Of a DNA stretch of 64,000 bases, positions 1-9,272 are shown piece by piece; positions within the stretch are counted from its first letter, which is position 1; every line of letters starts with the position of its first letter. The stretch comes from Cenarchaeum sp. (lineage in GTDB: Archaea > Thermoproteota > Nitrososphaeria > Nitrososphaerales > Nitrosopumilaceae). Location of the stretch: assembly GCA_965206845.1 (NCBI GenBank), contig OZ242221.1, positions 1,472,001 through 1,536,000 of the forward strand, in the 5' to 3' direction. Made by a program: the position numbers and the translations under genes. The notes under the pieces are model-generated. The model was given only the letters and a program-made list of their open reading frames with translations, had not been told where the DNA came from and searched no databases.

Positions 1-626
1 AATCCTCCGACCAGTAGATATGTGGCCTGGTAAAGATCAGGATGCCCGAGCAGTCCGTGCACCGCAAGGCCGACAAATGCTATGACCAGCAGGGCAGGCT
101 GGGAGCTGATCGCGACCTCCTTCATCTTCATTCCCATGGCGAGTATCATGAACGGCACGATGACGACGCCTCCCCCGATTCCAAAAAAGCTGGATACGAT
201 TCCAGCGGAAATGCTGGCCATCGTCATCATGACTGGCATGAGCCGTGTGGATCTGCTGGCTCCCCCCTTTCATCTTGCCCCTGAACAGCATGTACGCGCT
301 CACCGCAAGTATGCTGCCAAGCAGAATCTTGAAAAGGTCCGACTCGGCATGCTGCGCCAGAAGCGCTCCAAGCGCCGTGCCTGGAATCGACACGAGTCCT
401 AGCTTTAATCCCAGCGAGTACTTGATCCTCCGCTTCAGTGCGTGGGTGACCGTGGCTCCGCTGAGGTTGCCGAATGTGCCAAAGAGGCTGTTGCTTGCAA
501 CCAGTGAGGGGGAAGTCCCAGAAACGTCAGGACGGGGGCTATCATGACTCCTCCACCAAAGCCCACCATGGATCCTGCGGCGCCTGCGCCAAACCCCAGC
601 AGGATCAGCCACAGATCCTTAAACAC
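1..626 (-). CDS. TSUP/TauE-SafE (sulfite exporter family) membrane protein; two compensating 1-nt homopolymer frameshifts; runs off window edge
   Basis: GSMVGFGGG motif in ORF 435..626, middle part in ORF 37..612, and a second SSFFGIGGGVVIVP motif back in the first frame (ATG at 239). Shifts fall at the G5 run (~508-512) and C6 run (~262-267). Confidence 0.75.
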
Positions 627-717
627 GCGATTGGCTGTAACTGTCGCTATGTTTGCAGTTCGATCTTAGCCTTCCCTGTTGATTACGTTTTTTAATGGAT
701 GCCCGATCACCACATCT

Positions 718-2352
718 ATGCAGTCTGTCGTTCTGACCGAGCTGGGAGTCATAGTCCTGCAGGATCAAAAGTGCATCAAGAGCTTTCCCTTTGACAGTCC
801 GGCTGCTGACTATGTCAGGGCAAAGGACGGGGACGGCCCTGACGGGTTGGCCGGGTACATCGGGTCGTCTGGAGAGGACTTTAAGACTGACCGCGTTTCC
901 ATGTGCGACGCCCTGAAGAAGATATCCAATAACATACAGATGATGAGCGAGGCCGAGATCGAGGATATCCAGTCGTCAAAGCTTCAGATGCTGGTCGATG
1001 CCGGTTTTGCACAGAATCCCGGCGATGCCATGGACAGGCTGAGGGACTTTGCAGTGCAGCTGTCGTCCCTGAAGATCGCGCAGACATCAGAGAGCGCGGA
1101 TCTGCATATAATCCAGGCAATCGGGGCGCTAGACGAGATAGACCGGGACATCAACATCAAGGGCGCCAGAGTGAGGGAGTGGTACGGGCTACACTTTCCA
1201 GAGCTGGAGAACACGGTAGACAGCATCAGCGGATACGCGCGCATAGCTGCGGCCGGGGGCAGAGGGGATCTCACTGCAGAGATCATAGAGGATGCAGGAT
1301 TTCCCCCGGAGAAGGTCGAGATGCTCTCGGTGGTATCTGAGAACAGCAGGGGCGGCGACATATCAGATGAGAACCTGGCAATCGTGCAGGCGCTGGCATG
1401 CCAGGTCTTGGAGCTCTACAGGCTCCGAGCAAAGATCGAGGAGCGCGTCGAGTCTGCCATGGAGGAGATGGCTCCTAACGTTACCGCAGTGCTAGGCGCG
1501 GCAGTCGGGGCAAGAATACTTGCCAGGGCGGGCAGCCTGAAGAGGCTGGCCATGATGCCGTCAAGCACAATTCAGATACTGGGGGCAGAGAAGGCCCTCT
1601 TCAGATCAATGAAGTCAGGCTCGCAGCCGCCAAAGCACGGGTTACTGTTCCAGCATCACATGGTGCATGCGGCTCCACGGTGGCAGCGCGGAAAGATAGC
1701 CCGCACGGTTGCGGCAAAGGCCGCAATTGCGGCCAGAGTTGACCTGCACCAGGCAGGACTCAACGAGACCCTGCTGGAGAAGCTCAATGTAAGAATAAAG
1801 GAGATTGGTGAAAAGTTCGCAGAGCCTACGCCCAAGAAAAGTCCACCGCAGGACTCTGGCAGGCGCAGGGGGACTGACCGCGGAGACAAGGGAACATACC
1901 GTGGACGCAGGGATGCTGACCGCGGAGGCAGATATTCCGACCACGGGAGTAGGGGTACTAGCCGGGGAGGTAGGTACGCTGACCGCGGGAGCGGCGGTGC
2001 CGACCGCGGAAGCAGGTATGCCGACCGCAGCAGTAGGGGTGCCGACAGCGGAAGCAAGTACGCTGACCGCGGGAGCGGCGGTGCCGACCGCGGAAGCAGG
2101 TATGCCGACCGCGGCAGTAGGGGTGCCGACAGCGGAAGCAAGTACGCTGACCGCGGGAGCGGCGGTGCCGACCGCGGAAGCAGGTATGCCGACCGCGGCA
2201 GTAGGGGTGCCGACAGCGGAGGCAGGGATGCCGATCGCGGGCAGCGGTATGATTCCAGATCGCAGTACAGCCCCAGGCAGGACAGACCGGACGGCCCTGG
2301 CAAGAGGCGTGGGAACGGAAAGAAGCCCAGAAAGAGGTTTGACAAGCGGTAG
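718..2352 (+). CDS. nop5: Box C/D RNP scaffold protein Nop5 (Nop56/58) with long C-terminal RG-rich repeat tail
   Basis: REWYGLHFPEL, PSSTIQILGAEKALF, PPKHGLLFQ and RGKIAR motifs; directly upstream of fibrillarin. Confidence 0.95.
   Translation: MQSVVLTELGVIVLQDQKCIKSFPFDSPAADYVRAKDGDGPDGLAGYIGSSGEDFKTDRVSMCDALKKISNNIQMMSEAEIEDIQSSKLQMLVDAGFAQNPGDAMDRLRDFAVQLSSLKIAQTSESADLHIIQAIGALDEIDRDINIKGARVREWYGLHFPELENTVDSISGYARIAAAGGRGDLTAEIIEDAGFPPEKVEMLSVVSENSRGGDISDENLAIVQALACQVLELYRLRAKIEERVESAMEEMAPNVTAVLGAAVGARILARAGSLKRLAMMPSSTIQILGAEKALFRSMKSGSQPPKHGLLFQHHMVHAAPRWQRGKIARTVAAKAAIAARVDLHQAGLNETLLEKLNVRIKEIGEKFAEPTPKKSPPQDSGRRRGTDRGDKGTYRGRRDADRGGRYSDHGSRGTSRGGRYADRGSGGADRGSRYADRSSRGADSGSKYADRGSGGADRGSRYADRGSRGADSGSKYADRGSGGADRGSRYADRGSRGADSGGRDADRGQRYDSRSQYSPRQDRPDGPGKRRGNGKKPRKRFDKR
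1915..2250 (+). repeat. 16 x 21-bp coding tandem repeat (heptads ADRGSRY/ADRGSGG/ADSGSKY) with an 84-bp higher-order unit
   Basis: Read directly: gccgaccgcggaagcaggtat-type units in exact 21-bp register. Confidence 0.95.
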
Positions 2353-3007
2353 CGAGGTTCTCCGGATTAGGTTCCAGGGATCCATGAGACTTGTCACTGA
2401 GAACCTGGTGCCCGGAAACCGGGTGTACAACGAGAAGCTGATCCTCCAGAAGGGCATCGAGTACAGAACTTGGGAGCCACACAGGAGCAAGCTTGCAGCG
2501 TCGCTCATGAACGGGCTGGAGGAGTTTCCATTCGTGGACGGAACTAGGGTTCTGTATCTGGGCGCGTCCACGGGAACAACGGTAAGCCACATCTCTGATA
2601 TTGTCGGGCCTCGGGGCACGGTTTTTGCGGTGGAGCATGCCAGCAGGGTGGCCCGGGAACTGCTGGACAGGGTGGCCTCGCACCGGCGCAACGTGGTTCC
2701 CATAGTCCAAGACGCGCGGCATCCGCGGGAGTACTCGGGCATGTTCGGGGATGCCGATGTCGTGTACTCTGACATTGCGCAGCCGAACCAGACGGAGATC
2801 GCCCTGGCAAACTGTGACGCATACCTCAAGCGCGGCGGCATGCTCCTGCTGGTAATCAAGAGCAGAAGCATAGACTCGATCGCTTCGTCTGAGAGTGTTG
2901 TAAGGCGAGAGACGGCAAAGCTGCATGAGGGGTTTGAGGTGCTGCAGACCATCGATCTGGAGCCCTACGACAGACACCACGCCATGATCACAGCAAGGCG
3001 CCTCTAG
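2339..3007 (+). CDS. flpA: Fibrillarin-like rRNA/tRNA 2'-O-methyltransferase
   Basis: YRTWEPHRSKLAA, VLYLGASTGTTVSHISD and DIAQPNQ motifs; probable TTG start at 2339 overlapping the nop5 stop. Confidence 0.95.
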   Translation: MTSGSEVLRIRFQGSMRLVTENLVPGNRVYNEKLILQKGIEYRTWEPHRSKLAASLMNGLEEFPFVDGTRVLYLGASTGTTVSHISDIVGPRGTVFAVEHASRVARELLDRVASHRRNVVPIVQDARHPREYSGMFGDADVVYSDIAQPNQTEIALANCDAYLKRGGMLLLVIKSRSIDSIASSESVVRRETAKLHEGFEVLQTIDLEPYDRHHAMITARRL

Positions 3008-3621
3008 AAACCCATGAGGCGCTTGACCGGCTTCCAGCTTGCCCTGACAAACCCGGGAACCTCGTTGTTCTTGGCTATGTATTCCCGCACAAACCTGACG
3101 GTCTTTGCATCTGACGGGTAGCCGCTTCCCAGGTCGTGTCTCCTTCGCAGCCTGGCAATGGATCTGTCACGGGCAACCTTGGCTAGGATCGACGCGGCAG
3201 ACACCACGACAAAACGACTGTCGGCGCGGTGGTACGAGTGCACCATGCTGTTGCGCGACAGGCGCGACACCTCGTTGCCGAACCGCTCTGTGTTGACATC
3301 GCATGAGTCCACGTAGGACGGGTTGGGTCCCAGCCTTGCTATTACCATGGCCATGTATTTTGCCTCCAGGTGGTTCAGCTGGTGCTTTGAGACGCTCCGG
3401 TCTATGGTGCTGGGCCGGATCCTTGCAATGCAGTAGTCCTCGGCCGACTCGATGATCTTCGGGTACAGCTCCTCGCGTCTCTTGGGACTGAGCCTTTTGG
3501 AGTCCCTTACGCCAAGATCCGACAGTGTGTGCAGCATGGAGCGCCTGATCGAGACGCCGGCGATGACCAGCGGCCCCAGCATTGAGCCCCTGCCTGCATC
3601 ATCCACTCCTGAGACTATCAC
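3004..3621 (-). CDS. rnhB: Ribonuclease HII
   Basis: GVDDAGRGSMLGPLV, RDSKRLS, VSAASILAKVARD and GSGYPSD motifs. Confidence 0.95.
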   Translation of the reverse strand: MIVSGVDDAGRGSMLGPLVIAGVSIRRSMLHTLSDLGVRDSKRLSPKRREELYPKIIESAEDYCIARIRPSTIDRSVSKHQLNHLEAKYMAMVIARLGPNPSYVDSCDVNTERFGNEVSRLSRNSMVHSYHRADSRFVVVSAASILAKVARDRSIARLRRRHDLGSGYPSDAKTVRFVREYIAKNNEVPGFVRASWKPVKRLMGF

Positions 3622-3687
3622 ACAGCGACTCTGCGTGATACGATATTAAACAGTTTTTTCGCCGCATGCCTGGAACCGACGCGCCGT

Positions 3688-6174
3688 CTACTGTCCCATC
3701 CTGTCGAATAGTCCGCTCAGGCCGGCCTGTGCGTCTACGTTTTTGGGGTCGATCCTAAGCGCGCTCCTAAAGCACACAGCGGCGTCCGCGTACTTTTTCA
3801 TCCCGTCAAGGGACATGCCCTTGCCCGCATACGCATGCGCGTACCCGGGTTCAATCTCGATTGTGTACTCAAAGCACACCATGGCTGCCCTGTGCCTTCC
3901 CAGACCGAGAAGGGACATGCCCTTGCCGCAGCGCGCATCAGGGTCCATGCTGTTGGCAGCAAGTGCACGATCAAAGCACTTCATCGCATCCTTGTACCTT
4001 CCCTCGGCGTTGAGGGTTCTGCCATTGAGGACATGCTCACTCATGTTCCTGCCAGCAGTCGCCTGCTTCTGGCCATATCTCCACGCATCCTCGTTCCTGC
4101 CTATGTGTGAGGCAACGTGCTTTCTGCGCTCGAGCAGATCATCGTTTCCTGGATCCAGCTCAAGCGCCGCATCAAGGCTTGCCAGCGCATCCCCGTACCT
4201 GCCCATCTCGTGAAGCAACTCGCCCCTTACGCTGTGTGCATGGGTGTTTTCAGGATCCAGCTCAAGCGCCGCATCAAGGCTTGCCAGCGCATCCCCGTAC
4301 CTGCCCGTCTCGTGAAGCAACTCGCCCCTTACGCTGTGTGCATGGGTGTTTTCAGGATCCAGCTCAAGCGCCGCATCAAGGCTTGCCAGCGCATCCCCGT
4401 ATCTGCGCATATCCGCGAGGGACGTCCCCCGGTGCATGTGTGCTATCGGGTGCTTGGGATCCAGCGCAAGCGCCGCATCAAAGCTTGCCAGCGCATCCCC
4501 GTGTCTGCGTATGCTCTCGAGGCACAACCCCCGACATATGTGCATATCTGCATCATTCGAATTCGCCTCAAGCGCCGCATCAAAGCTTGCCAGCGCATCC
4601 CTGTACCTGCCCATCTCGTAGAGCACCATGCCCCTTTCCTTGCGCGCTCGGACGCTTTTGGGATCCAGCGCAAGCGCCGCATCAAGGCTTGCCAGCGCGT
4701 CCTCGTACATTTTCATGCCAAAGAGGCACTCACCGCGATTGCTGTGCATGACTTCATTATCGGGATCCAGCTCAAGCGCCGCATCAAAGCTTGCCAGCGC
4801 ATCCTCGTACATTTTCATGCCAAAGAGGCACTCACCGCGATTGCTGTGCATGACTTCATTATCGGGATCCAGCTCAAGCGCCGCATCAAAGCTTGCCAGC
4901 GCATCCTCGTACCTGCCCATCTCGCTGAGCACTACGCCCCTTTCGTTGTGTATGTGTGGGTGCTTGGGATCCAGCTCAAGCGCCGCATCAAGGCTTGCCA
5001 GCGCGTCCTCGTACATTTTCATGCCAAAGAGGCACTCACCGCGATTGCTGTGCATGACTTCATTATCGGGATCCAGCTCAAGCGCCGCATCAAAGCTTGC
5101 CAGCGCATCCTCGTACCTGCCCATCTTGCTGAGCGCTATGCCCCTTTCGTTGTGTATGTGTGGGTGCTTGGGATCCAGCTCAAGCGCCGCATCAAAGCTT
5201 GCCAGCGCATCCCCGTGCCTGCCCATCTCGCGGAGCGTTATGCCCCTTTCGCCGTGTATATAGGAATACTCGGGATCCAGCTCAAGCGCCGCATCAAAGC
5301 TTGCCAGCGCATCCCCATGCCTGCCCATCTCGTGCAGCACCTCGCCTTTTTCGCCGTGTATATAGGAATACTCGGGATCCAGCTCAAGCGCCGCATCAAA
5401 GCTTGCCAGCGCATCCCCGTACCTGCCCATCTCGTGCAGCACCTCGCCTTTTTCGCCGTGCACGTGGGCGTATTCGGGATCCAGCTCAAGCGCCGCATCA
5501 AAGCTTGCCAGCGCATCCCCATGCCTGCCCATCTCGTGCAGCACCTCTCCCTTTTCCTTGAGCACATGGGCATTTTCGGGCTCCAGCTCAAGCGCCGCAT
5601 CAAAGCTTGCCAGCGCATCCCCATGCCTGCCCATCTCGTGCAGCACCTCTCCCTTTTCCTTGAGCACATGGGCATTTTCGGGCTCCAGCTCAAGCGCCGC
5701 ATCAAAGCTTGCCAGCGCATCCCCATGCCTGCCCATCTCGTGCAGCACCTCTCCCTTTTCCTTGAGCACATGGGCATTTTCGGGCTCCAGCTCAAGCGCC
5801 GCATCAAAGCTTGCCAGCGCTCCCTTGTTTCTTCCCATCCGACTAAGAGCCACGGCTCTACAGTAGTGCGCGTCTACATGCTTCGGATCCAGCGCAAGCG
5901 CCGCATCAAAGCTTGCCAGCGCCTTACCGTGCCTTTCTAGGCCAAGGAATGACCGGCCAAGAAGGTTGTGGACGTCTGCCTGCCCTGGATCGATTGCAAT
6001 CATTTCGTTGAACATTTTTGCCGCATCCTTGTACCTTTCTAGGTTGAGAAAGGCCACGCCGGCTGCACGGCGTGCCCACAGGCCACTGGGATCTACCTCG
6101 TGACTCAATCCACACCAGTCCTGCCGTGTATCCTTTGATGCGCCATTGCATGCCTTCTGGCATGTGGGATCCAT
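3688..6174 (-). CDS. Tetratricopeptide-repeat protein (~22 TPRs)
   Basis: 34-aa repeats G..L..MGRY.DALASFDAALELDP throughout; no catalytic domain seen. Confidence 0.95.
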   Translation of the reverse strand: MDPTCQKACNGASKDTRQDWCGLSHEVDPSGLWARRAAGVAFLNLERYKDAAKMFNEMIAIDPGQADVHNLLGRSFLGLERHGKALASFDAALALDPKHVDAHYCRAVALSRMGRNKGALASFDAALELEPENAHVLKEKGEVLHEMGRHGDALASFDAALELEPENAHVLKEKGEVLHEMGRHGDALASFDAALELEPENAHVLKEKGEVLHEMGRHGDALASFDAALELDPEYAHVHGEKGEVLHEMGRYGDALASFDAALELDPEYSYIHGEKGEVLHEMGRHGDALASFDAALELDPEYSYIHGERGITLREMGRHGDALASFDAALELDPKHPHIHNERGIALSKMGRYEDALASFDAALELDPDNEVMHSNRGECLFGMKMYEDALASLDAALELDPKHPHIHNERGVVLSEMGRYEDALASFDAALELDPDNEVMHSNRGECLFGMKMYEDALASFDAALELDPDNEVMHSNRGECLFGMKMYEDALASLDAALALDPKSVRARKERGMVLYEMGRYRDALASFDAALEANSNDADMHICRGLCLESIRRHGDALASFDAALALDPKHPIAHMHRGTSLADMRRYGDALASLDAALELDPENTHAHSVRGELLHETGRYGDALASLDAALELDPENTHAHSVRGELLHEMGRYGDALASLDAALELDPGNDDLLERRKHVASHIGRNEDAWRYGQKQATAGRNMSEHVLNGRTLNAEGRYKDAMKCFDRALAANSMDPDARCGKGMSLLGLGRHRAAMVCFEYTIEIEPGYAHAYAGKGMSLDGMKKYADAAVCFRSALRIDPKNVDAQAGLSGLFDRMGQ
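4161..5922 (-). repeat. 18 copies of a near-invariant 28-bp cassette at exact 102-bp spacing inside the TPR gene
   Basis: caagcgccgcatcaa(a/g)gcttgccagcgc at 4161 ... 5895; the difference of 1734 equals 17 x 102. Confidence 0.95.
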
Positions 6175-6419
6175 TCGCGCAGGATTCCTGTGGGATGCAT
6201 AGTCCCTAGACGGTCTTGCATGTGCGCAAGAGTTGCATGTCGGCGGTTAAATTTTTAGCGGTGGTGCGCAGGTGCGTTTGCCTTCGGGAGCTGTGCCAGT
6301 AGCTCCTTCCACATAAACGTGACAGGGGGCAGGGATGCACCTCTCGCGTCTGGTGTCGTGGCCGGATCGGGCGCGATATCAGGATAGCAATATAGGTGCA
6401 GTTGAGCCCCGTGATGTGA

Positions 6420-7559
6420 TTGCGGCGGTTTGGTACTGATGTGGAGGTGCTCACGGAGGGCGCCACGAAGATTCTGGTTCCGTCGGCCTCCCTGAGCCAG
6501 GCGGTGCCCCCACGGCGGCCTGCATTCTTCAACCCCAGGGCGAGGCTGAACCGGGACTTTGCCGTCATCGCCTACTCTGCATTTCTGAGCGGCTTTGAGG
6601 GGTCAGGGGTGTTTCTTGACGGCCTTGCGGGTTTGGGAGCAAGGGGACTGCGGGTTGCAAAGGAGGTACCATCGATCAAAAGGGTGGTGGCAAACGACGC
6701 AAATCCGGATGCCCTGAAGCTGGCGCAAGAGTCTGCCGGAATGAACGGGCTGGACAACTTTGAGGTGTCCGAGGACGAGGCCTGCAGATTCCTCTCCGAC
6801 TTTTCAAGAAGGGGAGACAGGGGCGCCATCGTGGACATAGATCCATTTGGCTCCCCTGCTGGGTTCATCGACTGCGGCATCAGGGCCACTACGCACGGCG
6901 GCGTCCTCTCTGTTACCGCCACCGACCTGCAGGTTCTCGGCGGACTCTTCCAAGACACATGCAGAAGAAGGTACGGCGGCAGCACGATCAAGACAGTGTA
7001 CTCTGACGAGCTGGCATTGAGGCTGGTGCTGGGATGCATCAGGGCCATCGCGGGCAGGCTTGACATAGAGGTTCAGCCGCTCTTCGTGCACTCGGATCAG
7101 CACTACTACCGGGCCTATGTGAGGGTGCTGAGCCGCCGGGATGTGACCGGGAACCTCGGATGCATCTTTCACTGCTGCTGCGGCAACAGGGGGGTGTCGG
7201 GGCCAGATGCGCAGGCCTGCCCCCGTTGCGGCTCGACAGTCGCGCTGGCCGGACCGCTGTGGCTGGGGCGCCTCTTTGAGAGGGGGTTTGTAGAGGGGAT
7301 GCTCCTGGAGGCAGGCAGGCATGCGGTAGACAGAAGGTGCACGGGCATACTTGAGAAGTGCATTCTGGAGTCGGAGATGCCGCCCACATACTATACCCTG
7401 GACGAGGTCGCCTCAAGAATGGGCAGATCCCCACCGAAGCTTCAGAGGGCCATGGAGCGGCTGAGGGAGAACGGCTTCAGATCAAGCCCCACTGCATTTG
7501 AGCCCACGGGATTCAGAACCGATGCGGGGATAGGCGACATCGAAGAGTCGTTTGGCTAG
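6420..7559 (+). CDS. trm1: tRNA (guanine26-N2)-dimethyltransferase
   Basis: FFNPRARLNRD, G.RGLR, VDIDPFGSP, VTATD, CCCG..CPRCG zinc motif, GPLWLG and FRTDA motifs. Confidence 0.93.
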   Translation: MRRFGTDVEVLTEGATKILVPSASLSQAVPPRRPAFFNPRARLNRDFAVIAYSAFLSGFEGSGVFLDGLAGLGARGLRVAKEVPSIKRVVANDANPDALKLAQESAGMNGLDNFEVSEDEACRFLSDFSRRGDRGAIVDIDPFGSPAGFIDCGIRATTHGGVLSVTATDLQVLGGLFQDTCRRRYGGSTIKTVYSDELALRLVLGCIRAIAGRLDIEVQPLFVHSDQHYYRAYVRVLSRRDVTGNLGCIFHCCCGNRGVSGPDAQACPRCGSTVALAGPLWLGRLFERGFVEGMLLEAGRHAVDRRCTGILEKCILESEMPPTYYTLDEVASRMGRSPPKLQRAMERLRENGFRSSPTAFEPTGFRTDAGIGDIEESFG

Positions 7560-8149
7560 TGCCGGTACCCGAGGCAGACGTAGTACACCTCGCTGCTTGC
7601 CTTTCTGCTTGCAGGCGGTTTTGTGGTGTGGATTTTGATAAATCGCCTCTTGAGCCAATCCCGAAACTCGTTGGAGTACTCGCCGTCAAACACCTTAAAG
7701 ATGGCGTTGCCCTTGTAGGCCAGCACCTGCAGCATGATCTTGGCTGCGTCATGGTTTAGCGAGATCTGCCTGGCGTGATCCAGAGGCCAGTTCCCAATTA
7801 CCTGCGGCGAGAGATCGCATATCACGGCGTTTACCTTGCGCCCAAAATGTTCCATCACCTCCTCCGCGATGGATCCGTCGCAGATGTCGCCGCGGTGCAG
7901 GTGCGCGTTTTCTATATCGTCCACGTACGCTGTATCGATTCCCATGACCTTGCCCTTGTTTCCGGCCAGCTGCACTGCCACCTGCGTCCAGCCACCGGGA
8001 GCGCATCCCAGATCCAGCACGTAGAACCCCGGCCCGATGATCCTGTACGACTTGTGCAGCTCCTTCAGCTTGTATGCCGACCGGCTCCGGTATCCCTGCT
8101 GGCGCGCCATCTTCCGGTACTGGTCCCTTCTCGCATCTGCGGGTTTCAT
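7556..8149 (-). CDS. rlmE: 23S rRNA 2'-O-methyltransferase RlmE/FtsJ
   Basis: YRSRSAYKLKE, VLDLGCAPGGWTQ and KPPASRKASSEVY motifs. Confidence 0.93.
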   Translation of the reverse strand: MKPADARRDQYRKMARQQGYRSRSAYKLKELHKSYRIIGPGFYVLDLGCAPGGWTQVAVQLAGNKGKVMGIDTAYVDDIENAHLHRGDICDGSIAEEVMEHFGRKVNAVICDLSPQVIGNWPLDHARQISLNHDAAKIMLQVLAYKGNAIFKVFDGEYSNEFRDWLKRRFIKIHTTKPPASRKASSEVYYVCLGYRH

Positions 8150-9069
8150 TTTGTTCTTTTTGTCCTTCGCATGTCGATCATGACCCAGTCCTCGATCAGG
8201 CTGCAGGTTCTCGGACTCACCTCGCCGTCAATGGAGCACCTCTGCTCCACGGGGCAGTTGAGGCACGGCGCGTTCACTATCGACTCCGTACTGATTGGCG
8301 TCTTCTTTAGGATCAGCTTGTAGGTCCACCTGCCCTTCTCGATGATCTTCTCCCGTATGACTATGCCACGGCGCTCCATTCTGAGTGCGAGCCTCGAGCC
8401 GTCACGGCTGGAGATCTTTAACCTCTTCCAGAGCAGGTTTTGAAGCATTCCGTCGGTCTGGGAGCGGATGATTATGTCGCAGACCTTGTTTGTAAGCCTC
8501 TCCATGTCCACCTTTTCAATTTGAAAGTTCTCAATCTCATCCGACGAGAGCTCCTCCTCGAGCTGCTCCTCTAGTGTTCTTTCCTCCTTTTTTGCTGGTT
8601 TTTGTGTACTTGCTTTTTTAGCCGGCTTTTTTGCCGGCTTGGGTTTTGTGGACTTTGTACCTGCCTTTGGCTTTGCAGCTTTTTTAGCCGGCTTGGCCTT
8701 TGGCTTTGCAGCTTTTTTAGCCGGCTTGGCTTTGGGTTTCTCCGGTTCTGACTCTACCTTGGGGGCTGCTGGCTTGGCCTTTGGCCTTGCGGCTTTTTTG
8801 GCCGGCTTTTTTGCCGGTTTGGAAGCTGCTGGCTTTGGCGCGGGTGTCATGGGTTCTGGTTTAGGAGCTACAGGTTCGGGCGTATCGGCCTTTGGCTTGG
8901 GTGCTGTGGTTTTAGCTTGCCTCTTTTTTGTTTTTTTGGCAGGCGGCGGAGCTGCAGCGGCCTTGTGTATATCCTCAGATGGGGCATCCCCTTCCATGTT
9001 TGACTCATCTGCTTCGGCGCTTGCATTAGGTTCCTCTGCGGTTCCTGTTTTATCTGTCAAAGCAATCAC
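8146..9069 (-). CDS. TFE-beta / RPC34-like transcription factor (wHTH + Fe-S cluster domain) with Lys/Ala/Pro-rich N-terminal extension
   Basis: wHTH-like QNLLWKRLKISSRDGSRLALRMERRG and C-x2-C-x5-C-x10-C (PCLNCPVEQRCSIDGEVSPRTC); KPAKKAAKPKAK repeats at the N-terminus. Confidence 0.75.
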   Translation of the reverse strand: MIALTDKTGTAEEPNASAEADESNMEGDAPSEDIHKAAAAPPPAKKTKKRQAKTTAPKPKADTPEPVAPKPEPMTPAPKPAASKPAKKPAKKAARPKAKPAAPKVESEPEKPKAKPAKKAAKPKAKPAKKAAKPKAGTKSTKPKPAKKPAKKASTQKPAKKEERTLEEQLEEELSSDEIENFQIEKVDMERLTNKVCDIIIRSQTDGMLQNLLWKRLKISSRDGSRLALRMERRGIVIREKIIEKGRWTYKLILKKTPISTESIVNAPCLNCPVEQRCSIDGEVSPRTCSLIEDWVMIDMRRTKRTK

Positions 9070-9272
9070 ACCATAAAATCACATCTGAGTAATTAATATT
9101 GCCAATATATAGCATACTTTTCGCGCATTCCATTAAATTCGGGGTAATATACGTGCTGTATCCACTGCGGGAATCCCGCCTCCGTGGATCGCTCCTCCAT
9201 AGTCATCAGCAGGCTGGCACCTGTAAGAGACCAGTCGGCAGCTACCCTGCACCTCCTGGTTGTGGGCAGGCA

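Noticed and set aside
1642-2980. Long alternative-frame ORFs across the nop5 repeat, including a 178-codon N-terminal extension of fibrillarin
   Set aside because: Stop-free frames are expected from a GC-rich 21-bp repeat; there is no independent coding evidence.
4117-5940. 607-aa plus-strand ORF and the CRISPR-like look of the repeat array
   Set aside because: It is the antisense shadow of the TPR gene. The period is exactly 34 codons, the 'spacers' are homologous coding segments, and there are no cas genes.
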